Positions 50,976 to 64,000 of a stretch of DNA of 64,000 nucleotides are shown here, piece after piece. How positions within the stretch are numbered: the stretch's first letter is position 1; the number at the start of each line of letters is the position of its first letter. A program made the position numbers and the translations under genes. The DNA is from Lama guanicoe (taxonomy: Eukaryota). The notes below the pieces were generated by a model, which saw nothing but the letters and a program-made list of their open reading frames with translations, ran no database searches and was not told the DNA's origin. Location: assembly GCA_013239625.1 (NCBI GenBank), contig MU054187.1, forward strand, positions 10,313,231 to 10,377,230, in the 5' to 3' direction.

Positions 50976-51492
50976 CTTTCCAGGGTTGAAACAAATGAAC
51001 AGTGGAAGCCTGAGATCGCTTGATTTGAATTCTGTGCTCACAGAATTCACATTGGATCATTTTCCTTTTTATTAGTTTTGTCATATAAATTTCTAACTTT
51101 TGCTCTGTATTTGGAATTCAAAGAATATAGGAAGGGACTCAGCTCTACCTGGTTCATTTGGTAAGTACTTGAAGAAATGCTAAGTGTGCAAATACTTCTC
51201 AGGGCATTTACCTGGACGCCTCATGCAAGAAGGCACTCACAGGTGTGCCAGTTACGGAAAAGTGCCTGGAAAGCCAGTTAGGAAGATGACTGGAAATCAA
51301 TAGATGGAATTCCTTATTTAAGATTTAAACGATTAGCTAACGATTTAGCAAGGTTAACTAAACTTCTGAGAAAAGAAACCTGTCACATGATGAATAACTG
51401 CAGCAAAAAGGAATTTTTTACAGCAAGTGAAAACTATTAAACAAAAGATATATTGTTTTAGGAGAAATATTCATTTAAAAAATGTCATCTGC

Positions 51493-51630
51493 GGGGGAGG
51501 GTGTAGTTCAAGTGGTAGAATGTTTGCTTAGCACACACAGGGTCCTGGGTTCAATCCCCAGCACCTCCTCCAAAAATAATAAATAAGTAAACTGAATTAT
51601 CTTCCCTCCAAAAAGTAAAAAATTAAAAAT
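51493..51630 (+). mobile_element. Vic-1-type tRNA-Ala-derived SINE (long form)
   Basis: ggggagggtgtagttcaagtggtagaatgtttgcttagcacacacagggtcctgggttcaatccccagcacctcc, then an aataaataagtaaactgaattatcttccc tail. Confidence 0.88.
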
Positions 51631-52504
51631 TAAGGTCATCCGATAGACTTTCATATTTCTTTCCTATAAAAATTATTAAAGCAAAAACCGTTGAGTTTAT
51701 TATTTGCTGAATTTATTAGTACTTATGAATTATTTGCTAGGATAATATTTATTTACTGAATTATTTCCTTCTTTTAGGAAATCATTGTGATTCACTAAAT
51801 ATAATACTTTTAGCTTTAAGGGATTTTGGAAATAATGTATTTTAATTTCCTGCCCTCTAGTGACAAAAATAATGCACTCATGCCTTTATATTGAACAAAT
51901 TCTACATGTTTTAGTATCAGCACGTTAAATTATTTTAGAGAATTTGGGTACAGAAAATAGAAAGTCTAGCTATCATTATTAATGTACAACAATCATTTTT
52001 GTTTGGCAAAAATTTTTATTCAGAGTTGGATGGATGACTTTAAAATTTTTAAGTAAAAAGTCAATGTGTGGTTTCTAGCCATCACTTGGCTATGATCTGT
52101 ATCTTTATAATTATAGGGTACATACTATAGAAAACTCTGGTAAAAACCAGGAAATTGATCCTTTTAATATCTTTAATCTTAAATATCAGAATTGAAGGAG
52201 ATTTACTCATTCTAAAAATGACCTCCAATATTGCATTCATTTGAATCTTAAGTCCAGGCAATAATCAATTGGGTCTGCTCCAAATAAACACTGTGGAGAA
52301 AAAAATGCACTTGTTAAATCATAAAAAACTCACTATTTTAAGAGAAAATAACCAAAAAGAGGGTCAGGATGGATATTTATGAATTCAGCTGATTAGAAGA
52401 CAATGGCAGATGGTGTTAGTGAAAAGGATAAGAATGAATAGTTCAGCATTTTTATATCTTCAAAAATGCATTTCTCACAAGGATTCTTTGATGTAGATTT
52501 TTAG

Positions 52505-52610
52505 TTCAGTTTTCAAGTGAGGAAATTAAAGTGAAAGTCAGTGGCCCAAGGGCACACAACTAGTAAATGAAAAAACCCCAGAACTGAGCCCAGCTCGGTC
52601 TGACCCACTC
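52505..52610 (-). mobile_element. MIR fragment
   Basis: gtgaggaaattaaag...cccaagggcacacaactagtaaatga. Confidence 0.6.
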
Positions 52611-55058
52611 TGCTAGGGATTGAGAGTGTGCGTCAGTATGTGGGGTCCCTGACCACCCACTGGCCAATCCTCGTGCCCGCATCAGCAATCAAGCATGGCC
52701 CTCTTGCTCCGGAACTGGCATCTTCTCTGTGAAATCCTCCTCCTGGCACTTTCCAGGCAGCTATGCATCTTCCGAGTTTGCATCGAGCGGAGCCCTCCCT
52801 GCCATGCCTGCTCCTCACCTGCTGCCTCTCCACTCAAGTTCAGAGTAGCTGCAAGGACAACTTGGGATCATGCAATGGACCTCATGGCCAGAATAGGACA
52901 GTGACAAATGCAAGTGCTTTAAAAGAGACAGATCTCACGTAGAGGAAACACTGGCTATTGAGAGAACATTCAAGGAGAGAGAAAAGGAGAGAGAAGCCAT
53001 GGACAGCTGTTCTTAAGCCAATTCAACACTGGCTCAGGAGCAAGAAATAATGGCTGCAGGGGCTTCCACTGTCTGGAACTTGCTGGGGCTTTTATTGCCA
53101 AGAATTCAGCATCTGAAAATTTACTAACTTCTTTTTTAATGACAATTTGGTCTCTCAAAAGCCAAAAGAAGCAATGAGAGTTACTGGTGCTACTAGTATA
53201 ATTCTGGCTAGTAAGATAACTTGTAAGCGGCAGATTTAACTAATTGCAAACATGTCGTTCTAACGCTGCGTCCCCTTCTGCTGGGCTCTGGGCATGAAGA
53301 CCATGGAGCTGGGTTGGGGTGGAGATAGGGAAGACACTTTTGGAGCTTGGAGCCCTTTGTTTGCAGGGGGTGAGTGGGGGGCGGGGAGGACCTGCTGGGA
53401 GTGTATCACCAAAGCTAGCTGGTGACACAAGGTAGCTCTGAGGACAGGAGAACTAGCAAGGGATGGAGAGCTACTGAATGAGAGGTGAGAGAATGGCCAA
53501 GACATGCTTAACCTATTTAATATACAATAATATTAACACAAAGACAAAGGCAGCAAGCGGCAACCTCACTGTATCTCCTTTCTTCCTGCTCTACCACAAA
53601 AGCCCTGTTGCCTGGACCCGGAATCCAGGCTGTGCTGTTGGAACAATGGCTTAGGTATGTCGTGACCTGGCTTAACTGTGGTGGGCAGTCCAGGAAATTA
53701 TTCACCATTTATTTCCACGAGAGGATCCATTCTGAGTTCCAAATAGTCAACTTCCCAGTACATTTTTGGAACGCCATCAAGTTTTAAATTGGGAACGGCC
53801 TGTAACACCTCATTAGCGTTCCTGTGTGCCAATGCATGTAATTCTATTTAGAATGCACTTTAAGAAATCATTCAGCAAAAATGTGAAATTCATGTATACT
53901 AAAGAAAGTAAAGATCTTTATCAAATTTTAAGGGTATGGGGGAGATGCACTGGTTGGGGCTGGCGTTTCTGGATTAATAGCTGAAGAACACTAACTCAAT
54001 GCAAAATAATGCCGAAAGGCCAATTATAATTTCAAAATACTGAATGGCATGTCTATTTTAGTTAAGAGTTTCCTGATGTAGCTGTAGGACTGAATTTAGT
54101 TTTGCACTTTTGGAAAGTCCTGTTTTTTTCTTGGTAAGCTTAACATACATCAATCTCTCTTGCTCTCCCCTCTTCACTCATTGGCTCCCATTCCTGTATA
54201 TTTAAGCTTGGACTTTCCCATCGTACATAGCTGTGGTTGTGAAAATTATATGCAGTGGTTTAAAAAACTCACAAGGAGATGCACAACGTTAAATGTTACG
54301 TTTTATCACATTTACCACGCTGTGTTTCTAAGCGTTTTATACAAAAGAAACAAGAATACTCATTTCAAATTTCTAAATCATAATTTTTATCGTATACCTT
54401 TCATCCTATACATTTTTATCCGTTTTCATCTGACATCTGCTGGTAATCTGTCAATTAAACTGGAAGGCTATGCTTCCTTTAGTGCTGTCTGTCAGTGGAT
54501 TTTGCTCTTTCCAAACAAGGCTGTTCTCCTAGACCTTTTCATTTAGATAACACTGTACTTCATTCTGTTGGAAGCATGAATACCTTTTTCCTAAAATCCT
54601 CTGAGAAGGTAGGGTTATACATATTGAAACTTGCTTTTAAACAGTATCCTAAGAAACTACTTTCTAAAGTCAGGACAGTAGGGGGTCAAGACCTGTGCTG
54701 GGGTGGTGGTAACTCAGTTAAGACCTGTGGGACCCAGTGCGCCTGGGTGAACCTAACTCTTACTCTTACAGTGACTTCACTGCATCAAGATGGTCTCAGA
54801 AAGTGACTGTGTAAATTCTCTGCTTGCAGGAGGAGAGATCTAACTTGTTAGGAACACGCAGTTGTTCATAACTTAGCTGTTGAGGTTTCACTTCCAGATG
54901 CCTCTTACCCAATCTCCTTCTCATTCTTTTTCCTGTCCAATGTCTCTGTATCAGTTTTTGCAGATTTCTGTTAGAGCGTTTAATGTCGTTGTGTTATCCT
55001 TTTTTGTTGTTGTTCAAATAGGGTTTGGTGTGCACTCTTTCTCCTAGCTAGAATGTAA

Positions 55059-55210
55059 AGCACAGGGAACTATATTCAATTTCTTGTAATAACATATAGT
55101 GAAAAAGACTCTGAAAAGAAAATGTATGTACATGTATAACTGAATCCCTTTGCTGTACCCCTGAAACTAACATTGTAAATCAACTACACTTCAATAAAAA
55201 TTTTTTAAAA
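55059..55210 (+). mobile_element. Short L1 3'-end insertion inside an L2 tail
   Basis: agcacagggaactatattcaat...tgtaaatcaactacacttcaataaaaa, splitting the L2 motif ctagaatgtaa...gctt. Confidence 0.8.
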
Positions 55211-57724
55211 AGGTGTAAGCTTCTAAAATGCAGAAATCATATTTTATTTCTGTTTGTCTCATGGGGCTTCTTTCACAGTAAGTCTTAATAGATGTTAGCT
55301 AACTGAGAAAAATGAGAAAAGACGGGCTATTTTCCAGGGAAAGGTAACATTAATTCATTGCTACTTATTAATTGCATTACAATTTTTGTCAGAGAAGGAA
55401 GATGATACCAGGGCTCTAAGAGATGAGAATGAAACAGAATGTACAATATTTGATTGCATTTAGGAGGGGAGGACATCATCTTTCTTATTCAGATAACCAG
55501 GTGCTACTCAGGAAGGGCAAATCTGGATAGGACCTCCCCACCCACGTGGTCCTCTTCAGCTACTGGAGAACAGCACGTGGGTGGGGAGGGCTGGCAGGGT
55601 GTGGGCAGCCTAGATGAAAGGATTCTGAAATGCAGAGTGGGAAGGCAAACAAGGGAGACCTTATCAACCTTACAGGTTTTTCTAGATTTAGTCCTGTTCT
55701 TCTTGAAGTCTTTTTAGGGTATTGTTGGTTGGAAAGCCAGATGATGACAGCTGCTCTCTGTGTTTGTATGTGTTCAAATTAAGTGACCGGAGATGGGAGG
55801 CAAGGTGGCAGGACAGATGGCTGACCCTTGGATGGCTGCGAGGAGGTGAACTGGGCTGCCCTTTCTCCACCTCCTGTTTCTCCTGGCAAGTCTGTGCATT
55901 GTCATGGTGTGAAAAAGGTGGGAAAACAGTGTCATGGAGAATGTTTTAATATAAGTTGAAGGCAAAAATGTAATGATACTACATAAAACTGCGAATGCCA
56001 AGTCCACTTACTTCAAGTGCAAGAAGATGCTGGACTTGGACTGTACCCCAGCACGAACAGTCTTACCATGTCTTTATTGTGAATTTGAAGTCCTAGGGTC
56101 AGATTCATGTGTTTGGCGTGTGACTAGGTGGTTGGCACGGGATGGAGGACACACTCAAAGTTGCCAGCTGTCTTTGAACCAAGCAGAGAACAAGCCTTTG
56201 GGGTCTATGCTCTCTCCCCATGGAATTCCTGGTCTGTGGGATTCTATTATGAGGCTCATGGAAATGGGAGCAGCATTCCCTTGAATTTCAGCCTGTGTAA
56301 TCCCAATGAGACATGGTTGGACTGTTGGAGAACTGGGTGGCGGGGAGCAGGGGACCCTGAGAACACAGAGCCAAAGCCCTAAATTTCACTCCACCAGGCA
56401 CAGCAGTTTAACCCCTGAATGATGCCAAGTCGTAGTGGAGGTCACTGAATCACCATCTCATTTGCAGACCCAGCGGCCGCTCCTTCAACTTTAGACATCC
56501 GTGGAACAGAGTCCAGCAAATCAGTCATCCAATTAAAATTATGAGCAATCTCTTACCGTAAAGCATGTATTTCTGTGGAGATATTTTTTTAAAGCCCAAT
56601 ATTTTAGTTCTTGCTGCAAGAGCCAGTCTAGAAAGCAGCCCTGCTGCCTCCAGGTTTTAGTGATCTGGGAGGAAAGCACTCAGAGCCATATGTTTTGCAT
56701 CTAGTTTGAAATGGAAAACTATTCCTGGGCTGAAGAAGCAGCGTGAGCTTCACTGAGGGCAGAGCGTCCCTGCAGCCTGCTCTGGGGCTTAACTGGAGAT
56801 TGCTTTCTGGATAGAATGCCATCAGAACGGAAGCAAATAGCACACAAATAAATTCGTTCTCCTGTGAACCTAACTGCAAAGATAGTACGACATTCATTTA
56901 ATACAGGCAGACTTCAGCAGTCCAGACTTGTACCGGTCCGGTGTTGATTCCTTTGGAAGACTAGCCCAACTCTTATTAAATGATCACACATGTGCTCTTC
57001 TTACCCTCAAACAAAGAAAGTACCTCGAAGGGCAGCTAAGACATCAGAGACCAGAGCATATACAAATGTGACAAGGGGACCCATTAGCAAATGCCACAAC
57101 TGCGGGACAAAGACCCAAGAATTATTTACCTCGCTGACTTTTAGCTACTAGGCTCTTAAAGATAAAGCACACCCTGGAATCCTTTGTCATTAGAAGATCA
57201 CACCTAAGTTTCACTGGAACCGACCAGGTAAAGAAGTTAGATATCAACACCAAATGCTTCAGAATGCGGTCTGTGTACTACTGTAAACAAGGGTTATAAT
57301 GAAGTGGATGCTGAATTAATTATTGCTAGGGATTATAAGAGTGCAATGGGGGGTGCACTACAAGAATAAGCTGTAGAAAAGAAACAGAACATGTGAGTCC
57401 TTGATTTCTTAATCAGGTGCTCAGTACACTAGAAGGCACATTCAAAATCTCAAGGACCTCAGGCTTCAGTTTTTCAGTTCACTTTCCTCTGTCTGGATAA
57501 CACACACACACGCAAGCACACATACACAATTGTGGCAGAATAAATGTTACTTTATGTAATTGAACATATTATGTTATTCAGGTGAGGGCAGCTTCCCATA
57601 AGCAGAGGTGAGAGAGAAAAATAAGCAGGGAGATTTTCATAGGATGCTACTGGGATGATATCCTTGTGAACCTATTTCAGACTCAGCTGAAGATGGAGCA
57701 AAGAAATGGAACAGAGTAGATCAA

Positions 57725-57830
57725 CAGTTCTCAATTTTTCCAGCATCAGAATCACCTGGAGGGCTTGTGAAAACATAGATTTCTGGGCTTCACCCCAGAA
57801 TTTCTGATCCAGAATTTTTAATTCAGACTT
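57725..57830. mobile_element. MER5A fragment
   Basis: cagttctcaa...gcatcagaatcacctggagggcttgtgaaaacatagatttctggg. Confidence 0.75.
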
Positions 57831-58988
57831 TTCTGATTCTGACCTTCTGTCCTAGAAAAAAGTTTGACTGTTTCTGAGCTGCCCGGCTCTACAGAACGAA
57901 TGTAGCTTCAGACCCAGGAACGCTCCTCTGCCTTCCCCACCAGGGGCTGCGGGAGGACAAGCCTGGGGTCGTGGGGACCAGAAAAAGGAGAAGTCGAGTG
58001 AGGGAGAGAGATTCCAGGAGGAGGGACGGCTGGATATCCACTCAGGACAAACTTTCTACAGTTCACAAGGAAATCAAGATTGAGTACAAATCTCTGAAAC
58101 AAAACATTTTTCTCTTTTGCTAGGTAGGCAAATGCCTATTGAATTTCTGCTGCCGGTTCCTGGAGCAGGCTTCAGATTGTTGACATCTTCATCCCAGCAT
58201 TATCTGCATGTGCCTGAAAAGGGCTTCTCCTACTAGAAGCAGGTGGAGTCACCTGCAGGGCCACTGTATTGCACAATCCGAGGCATCATTCCCTTTGCTG
58301 CAGTGCTACAGATGGAACGGTTTTCACTATTCCCTGGAAATCTAGTTATCACAATGACCTCTCCTATTCACTCCCATCTATTTTCTTTCAGCGTGGGTTT
58401 AATACCTTCAAGTCCACTCATCTTCCAAATTCACTGTAACAGCAAACTAAAAAACGAATTTACAATAAAAATCTGCACAAAAAGTGGAAGAGCTCAAATG
58501 GACCAAGAGTCATCTCTAATCTAGGTCTCTGGTTTCACAGATGAGAAAACAGAGGCCACACAAACACCCACTGAATACATTTAACACTTACCTATAACAT
58601 AATTTTAATAGCATAGTGGTCTGTCCTATATAGATGCAGTAATTTATTTAATGGATTCCATCTTGTAGAAAGTTAATTTTTTTTCAAAATTTCACTGTTA
58701 TGGCAATTACCCAGATTACTGTTCATTGTAGAGGTGAGATGGTGCTATTTTTATATGTGATGGACCAGAATTTCAATATTATATCAGCAACAAAATTATA
58801 GAACCTCTCATTTAAGGTATCAGTAGTCAGTAACATACAAAGTGTGTACAATGTTTTTAAATAGACATTTTACATAAGAATTACCCTTCCTTGAGTGTTC
58901 AGTCATAGGCAGGCCCTGCGCTAAGTAATCAGTGCAGAGTACCTCATACAATCCTTGTACCTGTCCTAGGACTTAGATTGGATGATTA

Positions 58989-59488
58989 CAGGATATCCCA
59001 GAGATATTGTAAGTTCAGTTCCAGATCACAACAAGAAAATGAGTATCAAGATAAAGCAAGTCACATGAATTTTGACTTTTGGTTTTCCCAAGGCATATAA
59101 AAGTTATGTTTCTACTATAGTACAGTCTATAAGTGTGCGATAGCATTTTGCCTAAAAACACAATTTATATACCTTAATTAAAAATACTTAATTGCTAAAA
59201 AATGGCTAACCATCATCTGAGCCTTCAACGAGTCCTAATCATTTTTCAATAGACATCAAAGATCACTGATCACAGGCCATGATAACAAATATAAAAATAA
59301 TTTAAAAGTTTGAAATATTGTAAGAATGACCAAAACGTGACACAGAGACACAAAGTGAGCAAATGCTGATAGAAAAATGGTGCCAAGAGACTTGCTCAAT
59401 GCAGGGTTGCCACAAACCTTCAATTTGCAAAGAATGCAGTGTTTGCAAAGCACAATAAAGTGAAGTACAATAAAATGACATATATCTG
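58989..59488 (-). mobile_element. Internally deleted Tigger1 (Tigger1a-like) DNA transposon inserted in a MIR
   Basis: Both Tigger1 ends are present (caggatatcccagagatattg... and ...aataaaatgacatatatctg) within about 500 bp, preceded by TA. MIR sequence lies on both flanks. Confidence 0.85.
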
Positions 59489-59968
59489 CACTCCTAATTA
59501 GCCAGATGAGGACACTGAATTCGACAGTGACCAGAAGACCTGCTCCAGGTATACAGGTAGCAAAAAGGAGATTCAGGTGCCAACTCAAGTCCCCTCCCAT
59601 CAGGGCCACTGTCAGGCTCCCTCCTCTTGCCTTGAAGATAATAAAACAGAAACTCTCACAGGAAAGAAATGGAAACATGGGAAAATGAAAACAGGATCAG
59701 GGGGACAAAATTTATGAGGCAGGTTTTTCCACCTTATTTTCAAGAAAATATGGGTATTGTATGAAGAAATTAATAGCTTAGATGTTTTAAAGCCACTTAA
59801 GTGAATATGACTTTTATGTATTAGAATGCTAATAACTCATTAGGTTTTCAGTTAAAATATGGAAACATTTAAACATCAAAAATGTACATTTCAATATCAA
59901 TCCCGCACTTCAAAGTCAACAATTACATTTTTCCTAGAGTGGAACTGCCGGGGGGAGGAGCGCTCGTT

Positions 59969-60385
59969 CGTTACACTTGGGAACTTCCCGGGTGAAATCT
60001 GAAACTGGCCACTGTACGCAGAGGTCAAGGAGAGACCAAAGAGAGAGGCAGACCACGCCAGGCTGAGAGGTGGCAGGTTTGATAAGCAAGGGAACTTACG
60101 TACAAGTCGTCTTGAGCGGCTGCAAGAGGAGGAGACCTCTGCCCTGGCCCACCAGATCCTAAAAGCTCACAGAGAGGCCTTAAATGGGTTCGGTCACGTA
60201 CCCAGTCCAGGTGGTCTCAACAACACATTACTCTCTCGAGGCGGGTCCTGGAAACCAGCTCCTACTGTGGAACAGTGGGCAGAGCATCCGTGCCGAGCAC
60301 AGGGGAGGGCGTGAGGCGCTCCGGTCCCCGGGCGCAGCTCAAGGGTCAGCCGGCTGTCACGTCCTCTGGATGACCTCCTCCAACA
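59969..60385 (-). mobile_element. ERVL-type solo LTR (MER73/MER74-like) inside an old L1
   Basis: The minus strand starts TGTTGGAGGAGGTCATCCAGAGGACGTGAC. L1ME-like sequence resumes on both sides. Confidence 0.65.
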
Positions 60386-62728
60386 AAGATGCAGGTACAA
60401 CTTAATATTTTTAATATTTATTGCCAAACTGTCCTTCAAAACGTTTCTAACAATCTATTTTCCTTCTAAGTTTTCTTCCTGAACACTCCTGTCATATTGG
60501 AAGCACCTCTCTTTTTTAGTTCAAGTACCTCTTTAAAAAAAAAAAAATTCCTCAGGAGTACCTCTCTTTTAAAAATTTTATTTTACCACAACTCAATAAA
60601 AAAAGTTAAAAAAATTTTTTTTGTTTTAATTCTGTTTAAGAGTGGACACTGTTCTTTCCTGTTTGAATTTCTTTGATTAATTATGGGGTTTTCTTGCTAT
60701 ATTTCCTGGTGTGTGTTCCTTTGTGAATTTCCTATTTTTTGGCTTGGTTAAATTTTCTATTGGGGTGTTTTATATACTTTTGTCCCTGTTGAGTTGTAAG
60801 AGCCTTTCCTATAATGAGGATGTTAACTCTCAGTTTGACATGTATATTGCAACCTCCTCCTCCCAGGTTTGTTGCTTGTATTTTAATATTATTTATAGTG
60901 TTTTGTTCATATAGATACTTTATAGTTTTAGAAGTCAATTTTAATCTATCCATTCCTTTTATGCATCCTGTTTTTGCATACATAGTTGATTTCTGGTGGC
61001 TCTCTTACTGATTTTTATCAAGCCTTCCGTGTATGTTAATTTGCATAATTGTCTTGTCTCAAGAGGATGTTTGTGAGAACATTATCTCATTGAAATGACC
61101 TGTCAGTTTTCTTTCTGACGTTCCTGTATCTGCCCTTCTCAGTGAGGTACACTTTTATTTTTATTTTTTGGCAAATGCCCCAACCCTCTGTTGACCCCAA
61201 CAGTGCCTTTTAGCATATAAATGGACAATTGCTCTTCTGTTGACGCCTGCTGCCTCAAAGTCATTTTCAGATTATAAAAAAACAAAAAACAAAAAAATAA
61301 GGGAATTTAGTTTAACAGGCTGGACCTCTTTTTGTGAAGATTAGAGAGACAATCTGGATAGCTTTTCTGAAAGGTGATCTTGCCTGAAAGAAATGATAAT
61401 GCCTAGAATAAAAGGCCTCTTCTGCATCTCATGTGGGCCCTCAGTGCATTTTAATCCTCATTAAGGAAGTCCAAGAGCGCCTTTCCAGAAGGAGCCAATT
61501 ATAACCACAGCTCCATATGGAACACATCGAGGGTGACCAATGCAGCTCATGAGCATTAGAGCCGCACACTGGAAATCTCTCCATCCGAAGCATTTATTGA
61601 AAAATGGTTTGTTAAACTTGGCTGTATGGGAGTTGGTGTTCTGTTTTATACCAGGAGGCCCCCTTACTCCTTTAAGCCTTGTATGAATATTGCATGAAAC
61701 CTTTTGAATTGCTGGAGTGACATGGTTGCATCCCTGAAAGAGGGCATGGTAGTGTTTTGGGGCAGTGGGCTTGGATTATTATGAACTAGGGGAAGATAGA
61801 AAACAGAAATGCAGTGGTTTCTAGGTCACCTATTGTGGGGGGGGGTGCTGAAGTGCATGATGAGGGCAAGAGGCAGAAGGGCACTGGAGACGCACAAACC
61901 CCCAGAACAATAGGGTGTGCTTCTGCCATTCACAGCAGAGGGATTAGGACTAGAGAGGACTAGAGATCTGCTTATTATTTCAAAATTGGAATCAGGTTCT
62001 CTTCTTGCCTTGGCAGCAAAATGAGTGTTTTAATGGTTAAGACTTTTTCTCCTCTTACCACTATGTCTGACTTAAGACACTTCTGCACCAGTAGTAACCC
62101 AAATGAATCAAGACTGTTACAAAACAGACATGAGAGAAAAAACATGTGTCACTGAAAACTAATCTCATATCTCATTCTAGCTCATATTTCCTATTCCCAC
62201 CTTTCCTCCAATTCTACTCTTAAAGGCTGTACAGTAATGAATGTTAGACTCAACTCCAAGGTGAAGCTGGGTGCAGGGGAGCATGAGAGAGCCAGCAGCC
62301 TGAATGTCCGGCTTTTCCCCAAGCTGTTCAGCGTTTCAGCAGATTCAAAGGAAGACAGGGAGAGAGGACACCCATGGCCAGGGTCTAGGACTGGGCGACC
62401 AGAGGGGTTGCTGTCACCCTTTCTGGGTCCTTGAGAGAGGACTTGTATTTTATTCTTTGGGGCTTCAGTCTTGAAACCCTTTGTGGTCCCCAGGTGAACT
62501 TGGTACCTAGGAACCTCTTGACTGGTTTGCTCAGAATGGGCAGTCCCAGTGGCATGGATGATGCCTTTCTCTATGCCGCTGCTCCCCACTTGTCATTCTT
62601 GGCTAAGAAGTGTCATATGAAAACCTCCCAAGTACAAGGTGACATCTTAATTACATATAGGTTGGGACAGTCCCAAGGGATCTAGAGAAGCTTTGCTATA
62701 TTGAATTTTCGAAGTCAAAACTGGGAGA

Positions 62729-62818
62729 TTTTTTTTTTTAATAGAGGTACTGGGGATTGAACCCAGGACCTCGTGCATGCTAAGCATGCGCTCTACCACT
62801 GAGCTATTACCTTCCCCC
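62729..62818 (-). mobile_element. Vic-1-type tRNA-Ala-derived SINE (short form, near-intact A and B boxes)
   Basis: The minus strand reads GGGGGAAGGTAATAGCTCAGTGGTAGAGCGCATGCTTAGCATGCACGAGGTCCTGGGTTCAATCCCCAGTACCTCTATT plus poly-A, with a degenerate TSD. Confidence 0.9.
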
Positions 62819-63389
62819 AAGGCTAGGAGATATTTGAAAATGGAGGGGGCACCCAAGACCCCAAAACAGTTATGTCTGTGGCCTAGAACACCATGCAATG
62901 CTACCAACTTCCCCAAAATATGAAAAGCCGACCTTATGAGACAAGCAATTCAGAGGCCTTATGTTAATCAGTGGGGAAAAAGATGGTGTTTTATTTTCGT
63001 GATAGTTATGGGTGGTGAGGCAGGGAGAGGTTTTTCCTCCAGGTGTCAAACAGCTAAATTAACTGCAGAGAGTCTAGGCCAAAAATATCTCTGGCCTTGA
63101 GGACAAAGGGGTAATGGGCTTGGATAGTGAATAGCTTTTATGGCCTAACTCATGAGAAAGTTACTCATGAATTTTAAAATAAAATATCATTAGTGTTTCA
63201 TAAGTTTATTTCCCAAGGATATACTTTTTAAACTACATGTAACTCTTAACTAGTTTTCCATAATTCAGGAAAAAAAGGAACTACTAAATAATCACGACAA
63301 AAATATCTTAAAACAGTCTTTTGAGACGTTTTGTTTTACATTCGTTTGCACAAATGCGAGGAGAAAGATCATCACTGTAATTTATTATT

Positions 63390-63822
63390 TTCTATGAGGG
63401 ATTAGCTTACACAGTTGTGGAGGCTGAGAAGCCCTACAATCGGCTGTCTTCCAGCCAGAGACCCACAAAAGCCCGTGGTGAACTTCAGTCTGAAGTTCTG
63501 AGTCTGAGGCCCGAGAACCCAGGGAGCTGATGGTGTAAATTCTCGTCTGAAGGCAGGAGGAGATGAGATGAGATGAGATGTCCCCCCTGAGCAGTGAAGC
63601 AGGAAAAAGCGACAGGTTCTTCCTTCCTCTGTCTTTTATTCCATCTCAGCTGTCAATGGACTGGATGATTCCATACCCACATTGTGGATAGAAGTCTGCT
63701 TTACAGAGTCCACGGATTCAAGTGCTAATGTCATCTGGAAGCACCCTCCCAGACACACCCAGAAATGCTTGATCTGGGTACCTGCTGGCCCGTCACGTTG
63801 ACATATAAAATTAACCATCACA
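63390..63822 (-). mobile_element. MLT2 (ERVL) LTR
   Basis: gattagcttacacagttgtggaggctgagaag...ccagacacacccagaaat...ttgacatataaaattaaccatcaca. Confidence 0.88.
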
Positions 63823-64000
63823 ATCATGCCTGTGAAAACACTCTGAACTATTTCAATCTTTGAATTACACGAGCAATCTATTTCAAATGAGAGGAAACAG
63901 GAAGAAAACAGAATCTTTCACATTAGAGGTACTAAAAACTTCATTTGTGCATATTTAGATTATATACTATGTAATTAGAAAATGTTGAGTTTTCACCAGG

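Noticed and set aside
60524..60578. Local duplication agtacctct(ct)ttaaaaa around an A-run; also a 10-bp tandem aggactagag near 61946
   Set aside because: These look like ordinary slippage or micro-duplications with no functional indication.
62744..62818. Possible functional tRNA-Ala gene
   Set aside because: The 5' extension disrupts the acceptor stem. The poly-A tail, TSD and sibling copies indicate a SINE.
1..64000. Prokaryote-style systems (CRISPR arrays, operons, defence islands) or a novel multi-gene system
   Set aside because: The window is mammalian intronic and intergenic DNA, with no regularly spaced repeat-spacer array and no long ORFs.

Overview
This is mammalian genomic DNA, most likely from a camelid (alpaca, llama or camel). 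It carries three tRNA-Ala-derived Vic-1-type SINEs, and I saw no Alu, BovB/Bov-tA, PRE-1 or SINEC elements. The only protein-coding sequence I can support is the first coding exon of carboxypeptidase A6 (CPA6) on the minus strand (ATG at 27031, GT donor at 26915, 116 nt). Bases 1-26915 are therefore CPA6 intron 1, and about 27.3-64 kb is promoter and upstream DNA. The rest is typical eutherian repeat content: L1 of several ages (many short, with TSDs), L2, MIR, MER5, Tigger1, Arthur, MLT1/MLT2/ERVL LTRs and one clean ERV1-type solo LTR. The listed ORFs are spurious or repeat-derived. I found no convincing novel multi-gene system. The best leads are regulatory or structural: a uORF whose stop overlaps the CPA6 start (ATGA), a motif-dense intronic enhancer candidate, GC/CpG-shifted old repeats near the promoter, an 82-bp perfect (TG)n/(CA)n palindrome, a strong CTCF site and young L1 micro-insertions. 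Repeat family names come from recalled consensus sequences, not a database search, and repeat boundaries are approximate.
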